Source of the DNA: Styela clava
Taxonomy: Eukaryota
Length of the DNA stretch: 64,000 bases
Reading direction: 5' to 3'
NCBI RefSeq assembly: GCF_964204865.1
Contig: NC_135260.1
Location: forward strand, 6,944,001 to 7,008,000
How positions within the stretch are numbered: position 1 is the first letter of the stretch; every line of letters starts with the position of its first letter. Positions 1 through 12,300 of this stretch are shown piece by piece. The position numbers and the translations under genes are program-made. The notes under the pieces are model-generated. The model saw only the letters and a list, made by a program, of their open reading frames with translations. It was not told the origin of the DNA and ran no database searches.

Positions 1-98
1 GAGTTTGAGACTCCCGATGTAAATCATCTTAGACAATAACTGAGTGGAACATTATGGACATATACTATATTTTGTATAGCTTTGCGTCTTCTTTAAAT

Positions 99-736
99 AC
101 AAGAGAGCTATGCTCAAATATATGGACACGTAGCGCCACCGATGGCAATAATTTTTATGACGTCATAGCGAAAAAAAAAGTAACAGCCTTCTGGAGAAAA
201 TTTTTATCTTCAACCACTGAAAATTTCAAAGCAATTGGTCCAGTATTCGAAGAGAAAAGCGATTTCTTCAAAACGTGTCAAAGAACAAGGACACTAAGAA
301 CAACAATAAGAACAGAAGAACAAGAGAGCTACGCACAAATATATGGACACGTTAGTCCAGAGCGAATCAGTCTTTACCGGTACCTTTGACGCTACCGGTA
401 CCCTCAAAAAAGTTCTGAATTTCCAGTAGCAAGAATTTTGCAGAATCAAAACGTACAGCCAGTCATGACACTGACTAAAATCCGTGTTCCCATGGATAAA
501 AAATAATACAGCAAAATTTTAGAAGAAATATGAAATTTCATAGAATTCACGCAAATTTTGAAATAAATAAAAGTAATAGCCTTCTAGCGAAGAAATTAAT
601 CTTTAACCACTGAAAATTTCAAAGCAATTGGTCCAGTATTCGAAGAGAAAAGCGATTTTTTAAAAACGTGTCAAAGAACAACAACAACAACAACATAATA
701 TTGAAACGATCGTTATGGCCACTAAACGTGTCCAAT
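99..736 (+). mobile_element. Two nested or tandem non-autonomous repeats with Helentron/HINE (DINE-1)-like architecture
   Basis: Head ACAAGAGAGCTAYGCWCAAATATATGGACACGT at 99 and 319. Shared core (TAxxAGCCTTCT...AACCACTGAAAATTTCAAAGCAATTGGTCCAG) at ~180 and ~573. (CAA)n tract, then tail ending ACGTGTCCAAT, the reverse complement of the head motif TGGACACGT. Superfamily assignment is inference. Confidence 0.55.
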
Positions 737-838
737 AAATAATAAAATATATAAATACATATAAATTTAAATTTACATATATAATTTGTTTTCGGACACG
801 TTTAGTGCACATAACGATCGTTTCAATATTATGTTGTT
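689..838. repeat. Hairpin: 45-bp inverted arms (689-733 / 794-838) around a 60-bp AT spacer
   Basis: Arms match 43/45; they are two element tails arranged tail-to-tail. Confidence 0.9.
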
Positions 839-1704
839 TGTATTGAATATTAATTTAAATGTCATATTATATAAAACTAAAACACGACCGGACTCTTTCT
901 AGCTTACTTACCAAAGAACGGAAAATTGATTGTTAATCATCAAACACTTCTGTGGATTACATGTGATAGAATCTGCGTATTAACAAGAATAAAAACAAGA
1001 GAGCAATGTTCAAATATATCGGACACAAAAGTCATAACGAAGTTGTATGCTATATACAGTATATATCAAATTTTTTACGTTACCCGTAGTCTGACCATCT
1101 GATAAGTGACCACGTAACCTTGGCACGCGATTTTAAATTTTGATGATGTATTCACACAAAACTTCGAAGTGAAATACGACAACAAGAAACTTTAATCAAT
1201 AAAAATTTAGTTTAAAGCCATTATTCCAGTAGTTAAAGAGCGGGCCGCAATCGGAGAAAACCCATAAGTAATCAAAACATCACAAGTTTACTCACTTTAA
1301 ATATATTCAAGAATAAGAGTTTACCGCTATGATCAGTTTTTTAAGAAAGAATTATAAAGTCTTTTGTTATTTTTTAATGGTTTCTCGAGAAATACTGTGG
1401 TATTTTCAATACTTTTCTCGTGTTTGGTTTTGTAATGTCGCTTAAAATTACATTCATTCGTGACGGATATTATTTGAAAACACACCAGACACTGTGGTTT
1501 AACGTTGTTGTGGGTAAGGAAATACGTTTCCTTCCAATTTACCTTGGTCACCTATTTTTTATTACACTCATTATATGATGAATTGTTATGTTTGACTAAG
1601 TTTGGACTCCGGACCCAGGCGACTCTCCACATGAGGAGTTAGTTGATGCGAGCTTAAAGCACGAAATTTAGATAAAGGCGCGACTCATTTCATTGGATTG
1701 GTTC
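839..1704. repeat. Left arm of ~865-bp inverted repeat (partner 3777-4640); contains decarboxylase exon 8 and part of intron 7
   Basis: Reverse complement aligns along its whole length to 3777-4640 with scattered substitutions (e.g. ORFs 1333-1551 - and 3930-4154 + are near-identical). Confidence 0.95.
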
Positions 1705-1906
1705 TGTCTGCACAAGACAATTCATTCTCCTTCTACTTATCACAGAACGTCATTTTCATATTGACACCGTCTTGACGTTTATAGATACAATATTAAAACT
1801 CCGTGATCAAAAATAACTAAAACATGTTCTTTCAATAAATATAAATATCTGCCAAAGGTTCAGTGCACGCTAAAATTGTTCTGCGGGCCGCGGTTTGACC
1901 ACCCTG
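1227..1906 (-). mobile_element. Internally deleted hAT (SPIN/Buster, GTF2IRD2-like) relic in intron 7 retaining a BED zinc-finger fragment
   Basis: hAT-type end CAGGGTGGTCAAACCGCGGCCCGC at 1906. Peptide WKETYF...KPQCLVC...NFKRHYKTKH fits the BED finger of this transposase group. Left boundary approximate. Homologous copies at ~3780-4255 and ~21700-22280. Confidence 0.7.
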
Positions 1907-2339
1907 ATTTAATTTTATGAGACATATCAGGGGAACAAAGACTGCTGATTGATTTAGGTTTGTAAGCTTACTAAATAAACTAACCACAAATAAAATAATC
2001 TGCAAAGTAGAAGTGAATGAAGTAATTTGTTTTTGATTTGGCCTTGATACATTTGCGACGAAATATTGGAGTTTAGTCAAATGGAACATTTAAGCAAAAG
2101 ATAATTTCATACCTCCAATCCTTTCATATGATGACAAAATTCCGGGCATATGAAGCTGCATCCGCCATAGGCGGCATCGACATGCAACTAGGTTATATCT
2201 TCTGCTTGGCCTGAAATTATATGAAAATGCTTTATTTTTGAAATTAGCAATATCAACCCTTCCAATGATTTAAAAAATAAAATTAAACCTTTTTTATTTT
2301 TAAATATTTTGGCCATTAATATGAAAATTTATTATAGTG

Positions 2340-2654
2340 CAGGGGTGGGCAACTCCAGGCACGTGTGACACGCGAGTGAGGCCACTGAAACAAGATCATT
2401 CTCCTTCACAAGAGTTTCAAGACTCTGAATTATCCGACAAAACTATGTGTCTGTTTTTCATTATTGTTTGTTTAAAATCCGTTATATATATATTCAAACT
2501 CGTTTTGTCCTTTCATGACATATGCCTACAAAGAAATATATTATGACATAACAACTGAGTAAACTATCGACAATTTTGGTCGGCACACGGAAGAATTTTG
2601 TCATTAAATTTAGCCGATTTTGGCACGCGAGCCGAAAAAGGTTGCCCACCCCTA
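2340..2654. mobile_element. hAT-type MITE in intron 6
   Basis: TIRs CAGGGGTGGGCAAC / GTTGCCCACCCCTA; degenerate 8-bp TSD TTATAGTG / TGATAGTA. A truncated homologous copy lies at ~22690-22974. Confidence 0.8.
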
Positions 2655-4499
2655 TGATAGTATAATTTTAAGTTTGAAAAAAATGTTCCTATACTTTTTA
2701 TATATTATAAAAAGATTTTAAATATTGTAAACCAAAATGAGACAAAGTAAGTAAATTTCTTACAAACTTGTCCGATTTCGTCAAGATTGTCGAATGAAAC
2801 ACATGACGTTGTTTCCAGGGTAGCACACACCTCAAAAATATTTGTTTATTTGTTTTATAATTTGACACAATGAAACCGATTTCATCACTAACATGAATGA
2901 TTCTGAACAGATCAGTCAACTTCAACAATTTTTCAAAAAAATATAAATAAAAATTGAATATCAGAAAAACAGTTTTGTTTTGTTTATAAAAACCAATTCT
3001 TTTTTGCACATTTGTTTCGACCATTTCACCCAAAATAAAAGACCTAAAATTAGCATAAGAATGTTTATTTGTTATTAGAAGATCTCTCACATAAAACGGC
3101 ATTCCTATCTTCTGTTATTGCACGTTGCAAGTTATCACCTCGCATGGACACGTTCTTATTCACTGGTATTTTATGGAGTTGTGTGAATCCCAATAAACCT
3201 ATATAAATTTGAAGGAATTTTGATTCACGATGTTGGATATTTTAATGTTTTACTTTTCAATAAATATTTAAATTTTAAATTTCTACTCACAGGCTCTCTC
3301 GACTGAAGAATGACTGTGTATTGAAGTGTATGCAACTAACTTTGATGCAAGTTCGTATTGAGAAACATCAGGATATTTTAAGCTAAGTGTCTTCAGTGCA
3401 TTACTTTTTGCAGACAACAGCTTCATCAATGTGCCTTCACTGCAAGATCCTGTAAAATTTGATATCAAATCAGCACACAATAGTTAAATATTCATACTGT
3501 ATGACACATACATAGCGGATGATACTGAAGAATTTTTCCTTAAAATTTAAAGTTTGACGATATTTTATTTAGATATTTATTATTATAATTATATATTTAA
3601 ACAAGGATTGAGTACACGAAAATCATATTTTCATCTTACCTAAAATCACTCCGCACCCAGGACCAACACCTTCATGAAGAAAATCTTTAGGAAGATTCAT
3701 AGCTTTAGCCAGCCAATCCAACATCAAGGTTTCCAATTCTGCACAAGTAGGACTTGTTGCCTACAAGTAAAAAACTGAACCAATCCAATGAAATGAGTCG
3801 CGCCTTTATCTAAATTTCGTGCTTTAAGCTCGCGTCAACTAACTCCTCATGTGGAGAGTCGCCTGGGTCCGGAGTCCAAACTTAGTCAATCATAACAATT
3901 CATCATATAATGAGTGTAATAAAAAATAGGTGACCAAGGTAAATTGGAAGGAAACGTATTTCCCTACCCACAACAACGTTAAACCACAGTGTCTGGTGTG
4001 TTTACAAATAATATCCGTCACGAATGAATGTAATTTTAAGCGACATTACAAAACCAAACACGAGAAAAGTATTGAAAATACCACAGTATTTCTCGGGAAA
4101 CCATTAAAAAATAACAAAAGACTTTATAATTCTTTCTTAAAAAACTTATCATAGCGGTAAACTTTTATTCTTGAATATATTTAAAGTGAGTAAACTTGTG
4201 ATGTTTTGATTACTTATGGGTTTTCTCCGATTGCGGCCCGCTCTTTGACTACTGGAATAATGGCTTTAAATTAAATTTTTATTGATTAAAGTTTCTTGTT
4301 GTCGTATTTCACTTCAAAGTTTTGTGTGAATACGTCATCAAAATATGAAAATGCGTGCCAAGGTTCCGTGATCACTTATCAGATGGTCAGATTACCGGTA
4401 ACGTAAAAAATTTGATATATACTGTATATAGTATACAACTTCGTTATGACTTTCGTGTCCGATATATTTGAACATCGCTCTCTTGTTTTTTCTTTTTAG

Positions 4500-7082
4500 T
4501 ACGCGGATTCTATCACATGTAATCCACAGAAGTGCTTGATAATTAACAATCAATGTTCCGTTCTTTGGTAAGTAAGCTAGAAAGAGTCCGGTCGTGTTTT
4601 TGTTTTATATAATATGACATTTAAATTAATATTCAATACATTCGCATAGATCAACGGTTCCCAAAGTGGGCGACATTGCCATAACTTGGGGGCGCTGATG
4701 GCGATTTAGTCAATTGGGGGGCGCTGGCTGTCAAACTAGGAATTTGGGGGGAGCTGACATCAATACGGGAGCTCACAAGAAATATGATATTACATGCCTT
4801 TTACTCCTATGTTTTGGTTCAAACTAGTTTGCTTGTGATATCCGTGTTGAAAATTCTCGCTCAATGTAGAATAGATAATATGACTTTTTTTTAATCCGTA
4901 TTGTTTCACAATAATACATAGCACATAGGGCAAGCTTTACCATGTACTGCACGTATCGATGTACTCTTTTAAATAACTGCTGGTCACTTCTATCAATTCC
5001 TCAAGTAACGTCCAGATTTTTCCCGGCACAACCACGTAATATTTTGTATTCATGATTGGACTCTTTCATTTCCATGTCCCGATAGAAGAAGGTGCGCTTC
5101 AACAGAAAACTGAGTGAGTGATTGAATATTTTGCGAAACTTCTGAGTATAATCATACGCAAACAGAAGTTCAAGCGCGAATAAAATGAAACATTTTTTTG
5201 AAGATAGTAAAGAAATTTTTGGTTACCGTTTTTCAGATAACCCTGAATTTTCAGAAGCGAAAATGCACCACTTTCATTGGCTTTATACTTTCAAACTCAT
5301 GTTCAATGTTTCAAACTTTTGGGAACAGAAACAAATTGAAATATCTTCACGAGTGAGATAGGGTGAAAAGTTTTTTATTGCTTTTGTCAGCTCATTTTTG
5401 GTAGAGCGAGTATTTAGTGCAATGACAATGTCAGACGAGTAGACTCAAGACTGTTTTTGACTGAAATAAAGCCAGATATTATCAAGCTAAAGGGCATTGT
5501 ACTAGGCTCAACCGTCACACATTTGACTAATGATAAATGAGGAATAAAGTTGCTTTGACTTTTTTGTCAGGGGGGCGTTTGCTGGTTAAAAAGTCGTCCA
5601 AACGGGGAACTGACAAAAAATCGTTTGGGAAACACTGGCATGGATGATATAGTGGGAAAGTTTAATATGTCGCATCAAATTTATATCAAACGTCAAACTA
5701 GCTTATCGAAGTTTCAGCAAGTTTCTAATTTAAAAAACCATGTTATGTAGTATGTACAGTACAGTACAGTATATACTTTTGTAGTGGTTACTAGACAATT
5801 CGTTTCGATGGACAAAAATTAATAATTTTTGCCTACCCGCTGCTCTTTGAAAATAAAATTTTCGGTTTGAAAAACTCTGAATGCTGCAAAATTCTCAAAA
5901 TTAAAACTCATTATTCGAGTTATGATAATAAAGATATTTTCACTCGGGTGAAAGACAGGAAAATGTACTCAGAACCTTTTAAAGTTGACCCGAGTTACGT
6001 TCGACATGACGATGAGGACGTCGTAATTGATTACCGGGTATGGTGCTATGATATAATAAATTTTATGACAAAACAACATTTTGGATATTTTGAATCTATT
6101 GACTTTGTGGGTGTTCTAAATTAATTTTCATTTGATTACAATCTAAGTTACATCTGCCAAATGTTGGCTGCATTTTACTTAAACAGAAACAAATAATAAG
6201 ACATCAAAAAATGTGAAAGCGTTAGTTGAGTTTTATATTTAACAAAAGGTAAGGAAACATATTTACTCTGTTACGTTACGAAATTACGATTCCGTGTTTT
6301 CTGAATTATATATTCATTAACTAAAAAACTGTTTGCATTTAGCATTTAGGTGTTGGATTCGGTCGGCGATTTCGTTCGCTCAAACCGTGGTTTGTTTTTC
6401 GTCTAATTGGAATTGAAGGTCTTCGCTACCGAGTGAGAAAAGACGTAGAAATGGCAAAACTGTTCTGATCTTTCGTCAAGACCGACGATCGGTTTGAAGT
6501 TGTTTTTCCGGTGAAACTGGGAGTCTTTCGTTTTCGATTGATAATTTACAAAGACGATACAAAGGTGGAAGTTTACCGATTTACTCCACTTGAAAATACC
6601 TTAAATCTAGGAAGCGATATAAACAATCGTCGGCAACAAGAAGCATACCTTTTAATATGAAATCTCGCGTTTATTCAATCTTTGAAAAGGAACTTATGTT
6701 GTGATGTTTCAGCGTTTGATGTTGATTAAGCTGTGGCTTTTTGAATTATTACTGTCCGACCATATTGAAATGAATCTCTTATGCTTTTAGTTTTTGTTGT
6801 GTCATGTCCGGAGTTTCAAAAATGATTAAAGTGGTTTTCTTTCTGTTTTAGTAACAAATATCATTGTCGACCATATTTTACTCATTACAGAAAAGCAACA
6901 TGATCAACAGACAACTTCTCAAACATATCAATGATTCAAAAGATATCTTCTTGATTTCATCAGAAGTTGAAGGAATTTATTTTCTTCGAGTAGCTACCGG
7001 TGTTACTGCATGCAACGAAAATGCCATTAGAAATTGCTGGAACGCCATTCTGAAACACGCAACTTCAGTCCTGTCAACATAG
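4500..7082 (+). pseudogene. Aromatic-L-amino-acid decarboxylase-like pseudogene copy B, exons 8-11
   Basis: Exons 4500-4567 (YADSITCNPQKC), 5947-6037 (VKDRK..DPSYVRH..IDYR; acceptor AG>CG), 6343-6564 (HLGVGFGRRFRSLK; TGA at 6466-6468), 6891-7082 (KSNMIN...VLST*). Confidence 0.92.
4652..5637 (+). mobile_element. Non-autonomous hAT (Buster/Charlie-like) element in intron 8
   Basis: TIRs CAACGGTTCCCAAA / TTTGGGAAACACTG; TSD GCATAGAT / GCATGGAT. Residual peptide EKFFIAFVSSFLVERVFSAMT (~5366-5427) resembles the hAT dimerisation domain. Confidence 0.85.
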
Positions 7083-7771
7083 TTAGATATTTATATAAAA
7101 GAAACGACTGCATTTATTAAATATGTATTCAAGAATAGTTGTAATTTGCATAAGCAGCAGGATGCGAAGAAAATTTTTCAAAATTTTTTTATCCTATTTT
7201 TGAATGCAGATATAACAACAATATTTTGTGCTGCCATTTTATGTGCTGTTCAAACTATCAATGTAAGAATTCTTTTTCCCTTCTGCTGACAGAAATCAGA
7301 TTTTAAAAGTTTTGCTTTATCAGAATTCCTCATGTCAATGGAAATAAAAGAAATATTATAAAACATTTGTAAGTATCGGTAAACGAACATATAAGAGTCT
7401 GAAATGGCAAATAAACTGAAACAGCAAATGAAAAATATCCACGACCTCATTAAGCACCTAGTACTTGTCGTCGCATGTGGGCTCGAATGAGTAAGATATT
7501 TAGGTAATTGAGAGAGGTAATCGAGACAGTTTGTCCAATATTGTTAGAGGTAAACTCAAAATAATTGTTCTTTTATCGTTGTTCAAAACTCAAAAAAATT
7601 AAATGGAGCAAATAAAAATTCAATTTGCGATTTTCAGCTTTTTCAAAGTTAAAAAAACGTAATATACAAACCGATATGAGACAAACTTGAGTCGCATATT
7701 CCTGCTGGTCCTGTATCTAATTCAATTATTGGAGTCTTTCGACTGAAAATTGAAAGGACAAATTGCGCGTA

Positions 7772-7900
7772 TTCCCGAAGTATGTGAACCAAGATAGTAA
7801 CCGACACCCGGGACACCCGAAAGTAATATGCGTACCAGGTTAAGGTTAGGCCAGAATTTTATTCCAATTTTCCTTATTTTAGTTCTATTACGAGTTACGA
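7772..7900. mobile_element. Truncated half copy of the Merlin-like MITE family
   Basis: TCCCGAAGTATGTGAACCAAGAT...GGTTAAGGTTAGGCC...TTTTAGTTCTATT matches the left half of 17012-17247. Confidence 0.8.
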
Positions 7901-9339
7901 CTTTTTTAAAAGTGTCGCTGCTCGACAAACAGTATTGGTTTTCCGCGTCTCCGTCGTGAAATGCAGTTTTTAATGAACTATTTATTTGTAATTTATATGT
8001 CTGATGCGTATTTTCAGCGTGGTGAAAAAATAAACTACTGATTACTGACGGTAGACAACATTTTAGTATATTATTGTAGTAATGCTATCTCTATTCCCGT
8101 TTAATAATTTCAATATACCATCTGTTGTTTAGTTTTGCTTTCGAATAAGGAATATCGTAAAAGATCAGAAACAGTACACAAAATGTGCTAAGCAAAAAAT
8201 ATATTGCTTCACAATAGCAATACAAATGACAATTACATTGCTTAACAATGGTAATATTTAATAGAAATAATGTATTTCTATATAATGTTGTAAATAATGT
8301 ATATGTAATTTGCCATTAAATAACAAATCAAATCAAGATCTTATTAATTGCTAAACATTGCAACAAATACATCAAACATATTGGCATGATATGAAATAAT
8401 ATGTAAACTAATGTAAGAGGGTCAATTTCTAACGGAATGGAGTGATAAGTGATTCAAACGACTCTATCCGTGTGTATTCAATTAAGTACGGCAATTACGA
8501 AGATTTAATTGCTCCAAATCTTACAAATACTGTCACTGAAGACATAATTAACGTCTCTTCATTGTATAGAAATTGTAAGATTTTGATCGATCCTGTATTC
8601 AATCCTGTGTGTCGTCGTACAATACAACAATTTACAAGTCTTAAGAACGGGTTCTCTTATGTATCGAACTTGCTAACAGCAGGTTCCAACGTATGAATAT
8701 CACAAGTCAAGAACGGGTTCGCTGACTATCACGAATTTTATTTTCAAGAAAAGGCTAATTATCAAAGTAATGTTTAAATAAACTCTTGAGGATTTTACTA
8801 CCAGAAATATGTAACATTCCATAAACACGACATCATGTTTTCAGTTAAATTATTGAAAAATCCAAGACTGGGTATTTGCTAAAGTTTTAGCTCGAACTTT
8901 TAATTATTCGTATGTACGAGTTTAAAGTTTTGTCATCTTTGTCGCGATCGTGTCAAATTTGAATTACTGGACAAAAAATAAATTGGTCAAAGGTTGGGTT
9001 ACCAATTTGTGACCGAATTTCTTAGCAGAAGAAAATGAAATCTGATTCTGATATACTAATGCCTCTGATTTGAACAAGTTTTATTTTTTTTAAGATGTTT
9101 GCGCGATGGCCTATTGGCTAAAGCTTTAAGCTATGTATAGGACATAGAAAAGATTTTGCTATTTCACTGATATATAACAAACAGTTCGAAAAGTACTGAG
9201 TTCGGTCCAGGAACCTCAACAAGTTTTTTCCCCCAAGCAAACTGATATTCCCTTCTCGAAGTATCGAGAATATATAATTCTTGTTCGCTTCTTTCTTTTT
9301 AATCAAATGCACTGTTGCAGTTTAGTTAAAACGAGCGAA

Positions 9340-12300
9340 ACAAAGTAACATAAAAAAAATAAATTATTACAAATATGAATCATCTATATGAACAAATGTT
9401 TCTACTTATGATTAGGCTTGGGCATTGGGTAATCATTAAAAAAGAGCAAAATTAATGAGAGTCATTAGGTTCAGTTAAATAAAGCGAATTATTTCATTTT
9501 TCCGAATTATTGATAATTTGAAGCTGCTCCTGCAAAGTTTTGGCGCGAGTCTTGCTAATGAGAACAATAGTTGCGGAAATGGAAATTCGCGGAACGTTTC
9601 AAGCAGTAGGCTACCCTACACTGATTTTTTTTTAAATATTCACAATTTGTGAGCTGTTTTTGCAAACACTCGGACCATTTTAATAATATAAAAAACGACT
9701 AGCTAGCAGAAACAATTGTTTTGGAGGTAAAAACTCGCGGAACGTTTCAACCAGTACTTTACACCGATTTTATTTCCTGAAACATTCATAAATTGTGAGC
9801 TTTTATGGAAAGACTCGACTTATTTTAGAAAATTGAAAACGACTAGCTATCGAGAACGAATGTTTTGGAGGTAAAAATTCACAGAACGTTTTTTGCAAAT
9901 ATTTCTGAATGCTTTTTAGTCGACTCTACTCCACATTGTAACTAGCAAAACGCTATCAACTACTATTAATAGTTACCTATTAGGTATAGTATAACTATTA
10001 TATAGTATGTACACAGTCATCTTTACTTGAATGGTCTTGACAGACAGCCCACTGATTATCTGGGGACATATTGTTGATATATTCAGGCCCGAGTCATTGC
10101 CTATAGCTAGGACTTTGTGCTATATTAAACATACTGAAAATAGGAATGTAACTAGTCTTTCGTGTTATATGAAATTGAAAGAGCAAGTTTCAGACTTCAT
10201 TAGTGATTGAATTCTAATTTAATTTTCACTATATTATTTCGAAATAGTTCTCATCTCATACCTACAAACATTTATAGATGGGTGGCGATAGCTAAAAAAA
10301 CAAGAATTTTTTTTCAAACGGGCTGCTATTGGGGTCTGAATTGCCCTTCGGTACCCCATTAATTTGATGCCCTGGACTAGTTCCTATTTTGCTTAATAGT
10401 TCAATTTATCTCTGGCTACAACATCCTTGCATTATTATACGTCTACAAATCTGTCAAACTAATACAGCAAGACTAGATAGAATCCCCTGCTGTAGCTCAA
10501 ACTAATACCCACAGTGAAATCAAATATTAAAAGTAATTAAACTGAAGCTTTATAACAGCATTGAGGAAATAAATGAATATAAATAGAAAACCTTGATATG
10601 AGCAAATGTTTCTATCTATTATTACTAAGCATGGGCATTTGGTAATCAATGAAAAAGGGCAAAATTAACGAGGGTCATTAGGTTGAGTTAAATAAAGAGA
10701 ATCTCCTATTTTATTTTCCGAAATATTCATAATGTGAAGCTGCTCTTGCAAAATTTTGGAGTGCGTCTAACTAACAAGAACAATGGTTGCGGAAATAGAA
10801 ATTCGTGGAACGTTTCAAGCAGTATTTAACAGTTAATTTTATTTCCTAAAAAAAAACATAATTTGAGGGCATGTTTTCGCAATGCCTCTCTATTGTAAAA
10901 TAAAACGGCTAACTAGCGAGAACAATCGTTTTATACAATAAATTCGCAGAACATTTTAAGCAGTTCTTTACACCTATTTTATTTTCTAAAACATTCATAA
11001 TTTGTGAGCTGTTTTTGCAAAGACTTGGGTCATTTTAGAAAATGGGAAACAACTAGCTAGCGAGAGCAATTATTTGGACGCAGAATTTTTTCGCAAATAT
11101 TTCTTAATGCTTGATAGTCGGCTCTACTCTACATTGTAACTAATGCACAGCAAAACGCTATTGTTCACGCAGTATGTATGTGTATACATTATTATATGGT
11201 ATATACACAGTCATATTTACTTGAATTGTCTTGATAGGCTGCCCACTGATTAGCTGAGGACATATTATTGATATAACCAAGCCCGGATCATTGTCTCTAG
11301 GACTTTGGTGTCCTATATATAAAACATAGTAATATTAGGAATGTAACTATTGTTCCGTTGAAAAAGCAAGTTTAAGACTTCATTACTGATTGGAGGCTAA
11401 TTTAGTTTACATGAATACAAATCTGTCAAATTAATAGATCAAGTCTAGATCTCGCGTTGTAGCTCAAACTAATACTTTCAGTGAAATCGAATATTAACGG
11501 TATTGAAACTACGGTGAAATACTATTTAGGCGTTTGGCGACTGACGGGATTCAACAGTTTTGAAAAAATGAACAATTATTAATAAAAAACCCCAATTAAT
11601 ATTATTAAGCTTGGGCATTGATCAATCATTGGAAAGGGGGGAAATTGATGTGGGTCATTAGGTTTAAATAAAGAGAATCTCCTATTTAATTTTCCCAAAT
11701 ATTCATAATGTGAAGCTGCTCTTGCAAAATTTTGGCTCGAATCTAGCTAACGAGAACAACATTTGAGGAAATAGACATTCGCGGAACGTTTCAAACAGTA
11801 CTTACACATAATTCCATTTCCTAACTAATCATAATTTGGGGCATGTTTTCGGAATGCCTTGACTAATTGAAAAATAAAAACGACTAGCTAGCGAGAATAA
11901 TCATTTTGTTAATAGAAATTCGCAGAAAATTTTAAGCAGTTCTTCACACTTATTTTATTTTCCAAAAGATTCATAAATTGTGAGCTGTTTTTAAAAAAAC
12001 GGATTATTTTAGAAATTGGAAACGACTAGCTAGAGAGAGCAGTTGTTTTGGAGGTCGAAATTCGCGCAACGTTTCAAGCAGTACTTAACACAAAACTTGA
12101 TTTCCTAAAATAGTCATAATTTAGGGGCGTGTTTTCGCAATGCCTCGACTAATTTTGGAAAATAAAAACGGTTAGCTAGCGAAAACAATCATTTTGTTAA
12201 TAGAAATTCGCAGAAAATTTTTGCAATTTTTTACACTTAATTCATTTTCCAAAACATTCATAAGTTGGCTGCTTTTTTTGCAAAATCTCGGTTTATTTTA

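Larger units (their letters stand above)
912..3760 (-). pseudogene. Aromatic-L-amino-acid decarboxylase-like pseudogene copy B, exons 3-8
   Basis: Exons 3640-3760 ([19 protein letters not shown]), 3291-3449 (GSCSEGTL...SHSSVERA), 3091-3198, 2764-2830 (VCATLETTSC), 2113-2210 (LHVDAAYGG), 912-979 (NPQKC). Lesions: 11-nt deletion in exon 5, TAG at 2188-2190, exon-8 acceptor AG>AA, exons 1-2 absent. Confidence 0.92.
3777..8530 (+). repeat. Left arm of large inverted segmental duplication (partner 15936-22086); its first 864 bp are also the right arm of the 865-bp inverted repeat
   Basis: Collinear reverse-complement matches through exons 8-11, the intron-8 hAT and the 3' flank (7902-8530 matches 15936-16520). 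Confidence 0.93.

Noticed and set aside
1-16. hAT right end GTTTGAGACTCCCG
   Set aside because: Plausible but truncated by the window edge, so TIR partner and TSD cannot be verified.
1333-1551. Small zinc-finger gene (also 3930-4154)
   Set aside because: BED-finger fragment of a decayed hAT inside an intron; GTG start and frameshifted after TKH.
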